A stretch of 64,000 bases of DNA from a virus (lineage: Duplodnaviria; Caudoviricetes): the IMG/VR virus record IMGVR_UViG_3300022660_000043, one strand, 5' to 3'. Position numbers and translations under genes: made by a program. A model generated the notes under the pieces. That model saw nothing but the letters and a program-made list of their open reading frames with translations. It was not told the origin of the DNA and ran no database searches. Below are positions 10,240-18,181 of the stretch, piece after piece; positions within the stretch are counted from its first letter, which is position 1, and each line of letters opens with the position of its first letter.

Positions 10240-11658
10240 TTACATCTCCGCAAGGACATCCTCTGCTACGTCAGCAGTAGACTCGGCAAGCTTCTCGCCA
10301 ATAATTCCCTCAAGAACCTTGAAAGAGAAATTTTTATGCTTGAAAGCAGCAAACTTAGGACGGTTTACGATACGTACCACTACACCCTCACGAGTATGGG
10401 TCTTGCCAACAGGATCAGGACCATCGAAGTAGTCCTCAGCGCAACGCATAATCATATCTCCAAGCTCACCATCGCCAATAAGGTAATCATGATCATAGCC
10501 ATTAGGTGCAGTGAAATGAAGTCTATCCTCAGAAAGAGTAGCCTTACCAAATACAAGAACAGTCTTTACACCCATCTGCTCACAACGGTAACGCATGAAG
10601 TCAGGAGTATACTCTACAACCTCTCCGTCCTCGTTAGTCATAGTCATACGATATACGTAGATATCTGACTGAGGCAGTGCATTTTCAACACCAATTTGGT
10701 TATGCTCTTCATCAAGATAATACCCAACACCATTAGGAGCACAGCCATAGGAGAACACAGTCTCCTTACCATACTGCTTTACAAAGTCTTTACCAAGCTT
10801 CTCGTTATTACCATTACCCATGATAGGTGCTCCAGTGTGAGTAAAGCCTACGACCTCGTAATAAACAGTCTCACCCTTCCAAAGCTTTCCTACAAAAGTA
10901 TCATGATGCTGCTTACGGAACTCATTAGAGCCATAGAAGCCGCCATCAAAAGTATCGAGTACTACACGACGAGTACCAGATACATAGCCCCAGTCATATA
11001 CAGGCTTACCAGGTCTATGAAGAATACGATCCATAATAGATCTCTTATAACCAGTAAGTACCTTCAAATGGCCAGTACGCTGGGAAGTACCATGCATCTT
11101 AAGAGAAAGCTCAAGCTCATCGCCAACCTTGAAAGCTCCAAGATTATACGCAAGCTGCTCAGTATCTGCATGCTCTGCAAAGGTAGGTGCAATAGGTGCC
11201 TTAAACTTACGAGTATGATTACCCTCAGATACATGACCTCTACGTGCCTGAGTACGAGGGATGTACTTAGTGCAAATCTCCTCACCATTAAATACATCAA
11301 TACGGTCTCCTACTCTAAGGGTAGAGATATCACCAAAAGACTCAAGACAATGGAGAGGAAGGAAAAGACCATCAGACTTCTCGCCTCTAAGCTTAATAGC
11401 AGTTACATTTCTCTTATCAGGATCCATGTAGCCACCAATATTATTGCCATCAGCATCCTTCTTTCTAAGAAGGTTATTAGCCTCAGCAAACTTCACAGAA
11501 AGCTGGCCACCGGTAGGGAAATATACACCAAGTTGGCCCTCAGTATAATCAAGAGATACGCAAACAGTGTTACCGAACACATCAGCAAGCTGCAAACGAT
11601 CTGCATTAGGATGCTTTCTAACATCCTTCAAAGTAGTTACAATAGCATAATAACTCAT
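10240..11658 (-). CDS. RNA ligase with N-terminal tRNA-binding OB-fold (DRB0094/Rnl2-like)
   Basis: HPNADRL OB-fold motif; KMHGT (I), YEVVG (III), EGVVVR (IV), FKHKN (V). Confidence 0.85.
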   Translation of the reverse strand: MSYYAIVTTLKDVRKHPNADRLQLADVFGNTVCVSLDYTEGQLGVYFPTGGQLSVKFAEANNLLRKKDADGNNIGGYMDPDKRNVTAIKLRGEKSDGLFLPLHCLESFGDISTLRVGDRIDVFNGEEICTKYIPRTQARRGHVSEGNHTRKFKAPIAPTFAEHADTEQLAYNLGAFKVGDELELSLKMHGTSQRTGHLKVLTGYKRSIMDRILHRPGKPVYDWGYVSGTRRVVLDTFDGGFYGSNEFRKQHHDTFVGKLWKGETVYYEVVGFTHTGAPIMGNGNNEKLGKDFVKQYGKETVFSYGCAPNGVGYYLDEEHNQIGVENALPQSDIYVYRMTMTNEDGEVVEYTPDFMRYRCEQMGVKTVLVFGKATLSEDRLHFTAPNGYDHDYLIGDGELGDMIMRCAEDYFDGPDPVGKTHTREGVVVRIVNRPKFAAFKHKNFSFKVLEGIIGEKLAESTADVAEDVLAEM

Positions 11659-11690
11659 AATAATGTCTCCTTTATTTTTACTTCATTTAA

Positions 11691-12590
11691 TTATACATTG
11701 TGCCAGTGTACATTTTCAAAGTCTGCCACAAAAATAAGATGATTTCTTTCTAAATAAATATTTTTAAAGTCTTCAAAATAAGAGGTATTGAATCCAAAAG
11801 TAGAAGGCATGTCAACAAAGAATCTTGCAAGCGGGTCAATGTGCCCTTCATACGTATAAAGCTTTGCAGGACATACCTTACCAAAGCGTTCGAGGTAACT
11901 TCTACAGAAATTACGGTATTGATGCTCAGGCATGATTACATAACAGGGAAATTGCTCGGAATCCTTAATCATCTGCTGAATCCAAGCAGTTTTTCCGCAT
12001 CCTCGACCTGCACGGAATTTATGTACTCTAGCAAAAGGAGGACGACCAAAACGACCTCTTACAAGCTCTTTAACTAGAATATAAAACTCTTTCCAGGAAC
12101 CTACTCGATAATCCTGCACAGTAGAATTCTGATTATAAGGTGCATCAAAAAGAACCTTAATCCCCTGACAACCTACAAGATTGTGCTCTGCATCATCGAG
12201 AATAATGTCGCAACGAATAAGTGACTTATTATAAGTAATAATTACATTCTCTTTATCTAAAAATGGAAAATGAGCAAACAAGCACTTCTTAAGCTTATAA
12301 GGCAAAGTCTTATAATGTGAACTTGTAATGACATAGATCTCGTGACCTTCTTGCATCAAACGTGCTACCACATCTACTGCCTCTGGTTTAATCTTTACCT
12401 CATCCCAAAACTCAGGTGTGTTAAGAGGTTCAAAAAGATCTGCCTTAGACAAAAAAGGATAGCATTTAGCGAGCTCCCAATCTTTAACCTCGTCAACTGC
12501 TACCGACCTACCATGCTTTCTATTTAGCCACTCAATCCAAGTATCAAGCATGCTATTAATAGTGCTGTCAAAATCAATTCCGATAACCAT
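11691..12590 (-). CDS. 5'(3')-deoxyribonucleotidase (NT5C, HAD) with C-terminal P-loop-like extension
   Basis: GIDFDST, ITS, K, LDDAEHN, APYN; extension has GRGCGKT. Confidence 0.85.
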   Translation of the reverse strand: MVIGIDFDSTINSMLDTWIEWLNRKHGRSVAVDEVKDWELAKCYPFLSKADLFEPLNTPEFWDEVKIKPEAVDVVARLMQEGHEIYVITSSHYKTLPYKLKKCLFAHFPFLDKENVIITYNKSLIRCDIILDDAEHNLVGCQGIKVLFDAPYNQNSTVQDYRVGSWKEFYILVKELVRGRFGRPPFARVHKFRAGRGCGKTAWIQQMIKDSEQFPCYVIMPEHQYRNFCRSYLERFGKVCPAKLYTYEGHIDPLARFFVDMPSTFGFNTSYFEDFKNIYLERNHLIFVADFENVHWHNV

Positions 12591-12617
12591 TTTATATTTT
12601 TCTCCTTATTAAAGGTT

Positions 12618-12736
12618 TGGCCCAAGACCCAGGACTTGAACCTGGACGCTACCCTGATCATTGATAGCTGATCTATTCCGACCTGCGTCTACCGTGATAG
12701 GACTTACCAACCTGCCTATACTTCCGCCAGCCTTGG
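12618..12736 (-). ncRNA. tRNA-like RNA TL1 (class II scaffold, D-loop insertion, degenerate anticodon arm, CCA)
   Basis: CCAAGGC/GTCTTGG-G-CCA acceptor; CCAGG-TTCAAGT-CCTGG T arm; TGGCGGAA...GGTAGACGC D arm. Confidence 0.75.
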
Positions 12737-12746
12737 ATATAAAAAT

Positions 12747-12809
12747 TAGGGGTCATTATGAGATTTGAACTCATCAAGGCGTCCCTCGCTCACCTAAAAG
12801 CAATGACCC
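12747..12809 (-). ncRNA. minimal tRNA-like RNA TL2 (~62 nt)
   Basis: GGGTCATT/AATGACCC stem; ATGAG-TTCAAAT-CTCAT T arm; GCT/AGC D arm; GAGG-GACG-CCTT mini arm. Confidence 0.7.
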
Positions 12810-12818
12810 ATACAGCAA

Positions 12819-12926
12819 AAATTTAATAGCTGTTCGTCTAACTCCATTTACTACAGCTCCTGTACCCAAGCATGACGCATTCTCAAAGCGTTTCTTGCAT
12901 CTTGGCTTTGTGGCACTATTAAATTT
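12819..12926 (-). ncRNA. repeated structured RNA motif, copy A
   Basis: AATTTAATAG/CTATTAAATT closing stem around GTGCCACAAAGCC...AGCTGTAGTAAATGGAGTTAGACGAACAGC. Confidence 0.75.
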
Positions 12927-12936
12927 AATACAGATA

Positions 12937-13055
12937 GGGGTGAAGGAGATGGGATTTCGTTACCCACAACACACCCGATATTTACTCAGGCCGCTCTTAT
13001 TACTTATCGCTCTTTACCTCAAGCTTTATAACTTCGCAATTGGCGTACTCCTTCA
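12937..13055 (-). ncRNA. tRNA-like RNA TL3 (expanded D-loop, 9-nt T loop)
   Basis: TGAAGGAG/CTCCTTCA stem; GTGGG/CCCAT arm; CCTGA-GTAAATA-TCGGG arm. Confidence 0.55.
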
Positions 13056-13103
13056 TTTGGGTTGCATGCAAAAAACTTATTTTATTCGTTCAGAAAAAAC
13101 AAG

Positions 13104-13362
13104 CAAAAACTCCTAGCTGTCAATACTTGACAAATCGTATATAGCTGCTTCCGAGCCGCCAGAAGCACCGCTAGTACGTCTCTAAAACCCAGTCATAACC
13201 GCCTACTGACTGCTAGCGCCCACTTTTCTCTAGACCTTCCCACCTTAGTCCTACACAGTTCCTTCTCATCAATCCCAGTAGATAAGCGGATCTACTGCTG
13301 TGCCCACAAATTTAGGTTGCGCTCTCCCTACAGCTTATAAACTGTTGGGCGGAGTATCCTCA
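13104..13362 (-). ncRNA. ~255-nt multibranched structured RNA, unassigned
   Basis: ACTCC/GGAGT closing; CAGTAGAT/ATCTACTG, CACAG/CTGTG, CAGTCA/TGACTG, CGCTAG/CTAGCG, GCTTC/GAAGC, TGTCAA/TTGACA stems. Confidence 0.55.
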
Positions 13363-13411
13363 CAAAAATCAAAAATCATTAAAATAAGGTCTCCTTCCTA
13401 AATAAAAGATT

Positions 13412-13515
13412 TCAAAGAGCTGTTCATCTCACTCCATTTACTACTGCTGCTTCAGGGACACCGCTTTCCGATACAGGCTTGCCTAACGCTCAATCGGCTT
13501 CGTAGCACTCTTTGA
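13412..13515 (-). ncRNA. repeated structured RNA motif, copy B
   Basis: TCAAAGAG/CTCTTTGA closing; GTGCTACGAAGCC...AGCAGTAGTAAATGGAGTGAGATGAACAGC. Confidence 0.8.
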
Positions 13516-13583
13516 TAATAAGTCTCTTGTTTTGGCAGTCCAAGCGAAGACTACGGGGAACTTCCCACGTTCAACACCAAATC

Positions 13584-13685
13584 AGACCCGGCTGTTTAAC
13601 TCTTTCCATTACCACAGCTTCTTACAACCTCACCAAATACTTCGCTCATGATCTCCATATTCAGCGCTTCGTGGCACCCAAGTCT
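13584..13685 (-). ncRNA. repeated structured RNA motif, copy C
   Basis: AGACTTGG/CCGGGTCT closing with G-U pairs; GTGCCACGAAGC...AGCTGTGGTAATGGAAAGAGTTAAACAGC. Confidence 0.75.
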
Positions 13686-13769
13686 CAGCAACTGTCAAAG
13701 CTCGTTGCACTCTTCCCTTCTGAGTTTGTTTCTCTACGAGTCTCAGCCGGTTGGCGTATTGTTCGTAGT

Positions 13770-13846
13770 GTAGGCTGGTTTTCGCATTATCCATTTACCA
13801 CAGTTTTCCTCCGTTCATGCTTGACTTCCGGCTTCGTGGCACCTAC
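13770..13846 (-). ncRNA. repeated structured RNA motif, copy D (shortest)
   Basis: GTAGG/CCTAC closing; GTGCCACGAAGCC...AACTGTGGTAAATGGATAATGCGAAAACCAGC. Confidence 0.75.
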
Positions 13847-13847
13847 T

Positions 13848-13980
13848 TGTGAGCTGTTCATTGCACTCCATTTACCACTGCTCCAGCTTCCGTCTCTTAA
13901 TCCCATATTGGCATTGGCTTCTTAGGCCATCTCTTAACTGCCGTATCTACATTAAGTCCATAGGCTTCGTGGCACTCACA
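13848..13980 (-). ncRNA. repeated structured RNA motif, copy E (longest, promoter-proximal)
   Basis: TGTGAG/CTCACA closing; GTGCCACGAAGCC...AGCAGTGGTAAATGGAGTGCAATGAACAGC. Confidence 0.8.
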
Positions 13981-13995
13981 TTATATAATACAATA
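13981..13995 (-). promoter_or_regulatory. class II promoter (TATTGTATTATATAA) driving the ncRNA block
   Basis: same motif precedes many other transcription units. Confidence 0.7.
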
Positions 13996-14024
13996 GGGAG
14001 CTTAGAAATTTAAGCTCCCTTTTT
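13995..14024. terminator. hairpin AGGGAGCTTA-N-TAAGCTCCCT insulating the ncRNA block
   Basis: 10-bp inverted repeat at end of upstream operon. Confidence 0.6.
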
Positions 14025-14725
14025 ATAATTTTTCCAATCTTTTTTCCACTGCTTTGAGTATTTGTCAAGAATATGTTCCACAATAACAGCATTACCTTGT
14101 TCTATACCACAAGATCCAGCAAAATACCAATCATCTCCGAGTAAATAATCACAGAGTATGTGTATTGCAGTCTGAGCATTAAGTGGTGGAGGATAAATAC
14201 CATAAGTAGTATCCTCAATATTATCTCTCATTAAGTCAAAGCTCTTGTTGTAAATATAATTCTCTTTCTTTTTCACGCTCCAATACCATCGCTTTCATTT
14301 TTGCTAAATCAGCTCCATCAATATATACAGTTCCACAATTTGCACAAACCAAAGGCTCTACAGAAAAACCAAAATAGCGATTAGTTGTAAGCTTTAAGTA
14401 ACAGCAAGCATCAGTAGCGTCTGATCTAAGCTTTAAAACTTGATTATACCCACAATTAGGACAACCTCTAATATTTGTCATATTTAACTCCTTATCCTGC
14501 ATCAAACATAAGTTCAGGGATCTTAGTAGTCTTCTGTCCAGGTGTAAGATTAAACTCTGTATCAAATCTGAATCTAGGTCTAAAATCACCATCTCCATCT
14601 GCATAAAAACCAACAAGAGAAGAATGTCCTAAACTACCATTTCTTTGAATATACCTCAAAAAAGAACAAAAGTCATCAACCCAGCGCTCTTCCATAGTAA
14701 CTTCAATATTAAACGTTTTTTCCAT
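14010..14725 (-). other. three small hypothetical CDSs (14010-~14230, 14236-14481 Zn-ribbon, 14492-14725)
   Basis: tiling; CPNCG...CANCG. Confidence 0.65.
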
Positions 14726-15291
14726 TATACTATATCTCCTATATTACGTACTTCTACTTGACAAGACTGCATTACTCTAAGTGCTGCTACGTGGGCATCC
14801 GGAGTAGTACCGGCACAACAAGAAGCATCGCAGCTAATAACCGTCTTTTCACCCCAAACAGACGCCTTTAAGATAAGCGCATTAGAAACCACACAAATAT
14901 CAGTACAAAAACCAATAAGCTCAATCTCTTCAATAGGCTCTTTTTCAAGCAGCTTCTCCGGTACACACATTTCAACTCTATGATAAAGCTCAAGATCACC
15001 GAAACGGGTCTTAGTTAGCCGCCAACGACCCTCCAAAAACTCTTTAAGCTCAGGCACAATATACCAACCTTCAGTCTCATCAATACAATGCTTAACAGGC
15101 AGGTACTTTCCTTCCATAGTTTTATCATAATCGTCAAAATGTGTATCCTGCGTAAATACTACTTGCCAGCCTTCATCAATTCGCTGCTGAATCTTTTCTT
15201 TAATAACAGGGATTTTAGCCTGAGCTTCAGGATTTGCCAGAGTACCAGTCACAAAATCATTCTGAACATCAACTACCAGTAATACTTTCAT
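14725..15291 (-). CDS. pncA: nicotinamidase/isochorismatase-family cysteine hydrolase
   Basis: VDVQNDF, QDTH, HC, K, CTDICV catalytic pattern. Confidence 0.8.
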   Translation of the reverse strand: MKVLLVVDVQNDFVTGTLANPEAQAKIPVIKEKIQQRIDEGWQVVFTQDTHFDDYDKTMEGKYLPVKHCIDETEGWYIVPELKEFLEGRWRLTKTRFGDLELYHRVEMCVPEKLLEKEPIEEIELIGFCTDICVVSNALILKASVWGEKTVISCDASCCAGTTPDAHVAALRVMQSCQVEVRNIGDIV

Positions 15292-15292
15292 A

Positions 15293-15715
15293 TCACACCT
15301 GCTTTACAAGAGCTGCAATCTTAGACTTGTCAAAACGGTTACCAACTTCTTTTGCGGTAAGACCGATTACTTTGCCCGTGTTAGGCTCAGTCTCCTTGAT
15401 ACGCTTAATGATAGTAATAACTTCCTCCTCACTCATCTGCTTAGGAAGATATTGGTCAAGCTCATCAATAATGAACTGAGCTTCAGCATATTCATCATCT
15501 CCAATTGAATAAACTGAAAGAAGATCGTTTCTTTCTTTATATTCCTTTACAATAAGATTAGTAATCTGTTCATCAGTAAGAGGTAATTCAAACTGACCAG
15601 ATTTCTCTGCAACAAGGATTCGTTGTTTAAGATACTCATAACAAGTTCTTTTTTCTGTATCCCTATTCTTGAATGCTTCTTTCCATTTTTCATTAATAGT
15701 TTCTTTCAATGACAT
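15293..15715 (-). CDS. GatB/YqeY domain protein
   Basis: MSLKETI...KEAFK.RD, KE.KER, YLPKQMSEEE. Confidence 0.85.
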   Translation of the reverse strand: MSLKETINEKWKEAFKNRDTEKRTCYEYLKQRILVAEKSGQFELPLTDEQITNLIVKEYKERNDLLSVYSIGDDEYAEAQFIIDELDQYLPKQMSEEEVITIIKRIKETEPNTGKVIGLTAKEVGNRFDKSKIAALVKQV

Positions 15716-15716
15716 T

Positions 15717-16157
15717 TTAATAATCCTCTCTCAATTCCTTTGATATCTTAGGCAAAGGCTTTGCATTCTCTTTCTTTAAAATTTTATTAGGCGTAAATCT
15801 AATATTAATTGTACCAAAACTACAATCTCCCTTACGCCAACCGTCTTCTATGGTATACTTGTTTCGTAGCTCTGTCGCCCATTTATAACCCTGAGCATGA
15901 ATATAATACTCAGAGTCCTTTGAACGACAATAATAAATTTGTGCATCTCCTTCTTTTACAAGAGCAGCCTTAAAAAACCAGCTATGCCAGAGTTTTTTAA
16001 GCCAAATATAAGTATTACCTACTAGTAAAACAATACCTCCAGCAATACCTGCAGAAGCCACAATAGCATTCTCTTCATTATGCTGCCAGATATAATAAAA
16101 GATCAATGAACAAACTTGCCATATAATAATACCAATAATAATTCCAATCCAAATCAT
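15717..16157 (-). CDS. membrane protein
   Basis: two N-terminal TM segments. Confidence 0.7.
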   Translation of the reverse strand: MIWIGIIIGIIIWQVCSLIFYYIWQHNEENAIVASAGIAGGIVLLVGNTYIWLKKLWHSWFFKAALVKEGDAQIYYCRSKDSEYYIHAQGYKWATELRNKYTIEDGWRKGDCSFGTINIRFTPNKILKKENAKPLPKISKELREDY

Positions 16158-16160
16158 AAC

Positions 16161-17764
16161 TTAATCCTCAAATACAAGTCTAGGGTCAGGTTTTACATAA
16201 TGTGTATCTTTAATATCTACGTAGGACTGACTCAAAAAATCATCCTCTAGTAGCTGTTTTTCCAGAGTCTTCAGTTTCTCTCTTAAGTCAGCATTCTCCT
16301 CAAACAAAGCAGTCTCGTGTAGACCATAACGCTGTTGATCAGTCCATAGCTTTGTAAGCACAATAAGCTGAGGCAAATACTCAAGAGCTCCTTTACAATA
16401 GCCTATGAGCTCTTTATCTTGATGAACAGGTGCCTTAGAACACTCCAGGTCTAATAGATTACGCAAGTTCTCTTGCTGGTCTTTTAATCTTATAAGTGAA
16501 TACTTCCCGATCATAGATCATCTACCTTTATAAAAATATCTTTGTAAGCCTCTGCAATATTACCTTGCTCATCTAAAATTCCACAAGCTTGAAGCTTTTT
16601 AATGGCTGCTTGCTTATTAACAAGGCTTGCAGGCGGATTAATGTAGCACCAATACAAAATATTATTTGCACATAGCAGACTAGCAAATAAAGCAGTGTTA
16701 CCCTTAGAAACCCTCAGTACTTTCATTTCAAGCTTATTATATGGATCTGTATAGCAGACCATCATATAATATTCTTTATCAGTATTAATAACGGGCTGAT
16801 CTACAGACAATGCTATCCACTGGAAAGCAGGATAATATTTATTATTTGCAGACGGGCCAAAAGTAGTTTGCTCTACCTCGACGTTTTCTTCTTGTATACA
16901 AGCAGTCCGCTTATATTCATAAAAATCGCACTTACTCATATCGCCACCACAAGAACAGATCTCCGGCTCTTTAACCCCATCACAATAATCCTTACCACTA
17001 TGCAGGTTAAATACCTTACCAGAGCGAAAACAATTACATTTCGCCATTTATTTCACCTCGTCTTTGTTTAATAATTTCAGTTAAAGCATTACTTGCTGCT
17101 TCTTTAGAGAAAAATACAAGTCTGCCAAGGTCATGGCTCGTTACTACGGTTCCTTCATGCTCTCTAGAACACCAAAGTTTTTCAATCTTATCTTTTACGA
17201 ATACTACTCGATCAACTTCATACTCATAGATGTCGTAAAAGCCAGGCATATCAAAAAGAATCCAGCATTTCTCTGGAATAGCCTCTAATCTATAGCCCGG
17301 CTCCTGAGTCTTCTCAAGATACTCGAGCAAATCACCGCAGTCCGAAGAAAAGCTCATAAGATCTACATTCTGTACTTCAATAGGCTTAGTAGCCCAAAGC
17401 TCTCTGCCAGCTCTCTGGCCCTGGAAAAAATCAAATTTACGCACAATCTCAATAGCTTGCTCTTTACTGATCATCTCATAATTCTCCCTCTAAACTGATG
17501 TAGTTCCTCCGGTTTATCAAAGTACTCTTTAATAAGGTCTCTAAGCTCTCTATACAAGGAATTACCTCTCTGAGCCGTACTAGATATAATACGATATTCA
17601 ATAATATATCTATCATGCTCCGTAGTGCCACACTGAAATTCAATTTCAAATGCATTACAAAATTCACCAACTTTTTCAAGCTGCTTCATATGCTTGGCTT
17701 CCCAGGCTTCCATATCAGTTACATCCCAATCCAAACAAAATGCGCCTCTAATAAATCTATCCAT
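16161..17764 (-). other. four hypothetical CDSs (16161-16514, 16511-17047, 17034-17474, 17471-17764)
   Basis: ATGA overlaps, tiling. Confidence 0.7.
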
Positions 17765-17767
17765 AGT

Positions 17768-18181
17768 TTACCTCACAAATTCTAAATTTTCAGAATACCA
17801 CATGTCCCAATTATCTGGCGCCTTGCACTCAAATAAATCTACTGGCATAAGATCCCAGCATCTATGTTGGTCTGATTCAAACCAGATGATCTTACAAATT
17901 CGACCATACTTGGTTTTTACGCAATCTCCCTCATAAAGCTCACGACCGTTCTTATCTTTTGCGCCCACAGAACGTTTTGCAGTCTTAATAAGCTTTTCTC
18001 CACAGTAAGGACAGAACCCTATAGTGCAGTCAAGCCTATTTCTATACATAGTATTCCAATAGCTTATCACTAATTTAACTTCTTCACCATCTTTCATAAG
18101 CTCGATTTCTGTACCATTATAGTCTGCAGCCAATCTACTATGAACATGATCTTCTGTTAATCTTCTACATACGTCGCACAT
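17768..18181 (-). CDS. Zn-ribbon plus YopX-like C-terminal domain
   Basis: FCPYCG; KDKNGRELYEGDCV. Confidence 0.65.
   Translation of the reverse strand: MCDVCRRLTEDHVHSRLAADYNGTEIELMKDGEEVKLVISYWNTMYRNRLDCTIGFCPYCGEKLIKTAKRSVGAKDKNGRELYEGDCVKTKYGRICKIIWFESDQHRCWDLMPVDLFECKAPDNWDMWYSENLEFVR

Noticed and set aside
10336-11742. Long + strand ORFs antisense to the RNA ligase
   Set aside because: Shadow ORFs from codon bias; the minus-strand protein has clear motifs.
12895-13925. + strand ORFs 12895-13116 and 13512-13925
   Set aside because: TTG starts with no RBS, atypical composition, antisense to the promoter; better explained as ncRNA.
12819-13980. CRISPR array or TIGR-like array
   Set aside because: Repeats are bipartite, degenerate and irregularly spaced, inserts vary ~25-80 nt and self-pair, there are no C/D boxes, and no cas or Nop-domain gene is recognisable in the window.
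12819-13980. Known self-cleaving ribozymes (hammerhead, twister, pistol, hairpin, HDV/theta) or RNase P RNA
   Set aside because: Core motifs and pseudoknots not found by eye; the AGUGCCAC/GGUAAA resemblance to RNase P lacks the P4 catalytic elements. Rfam was not run.
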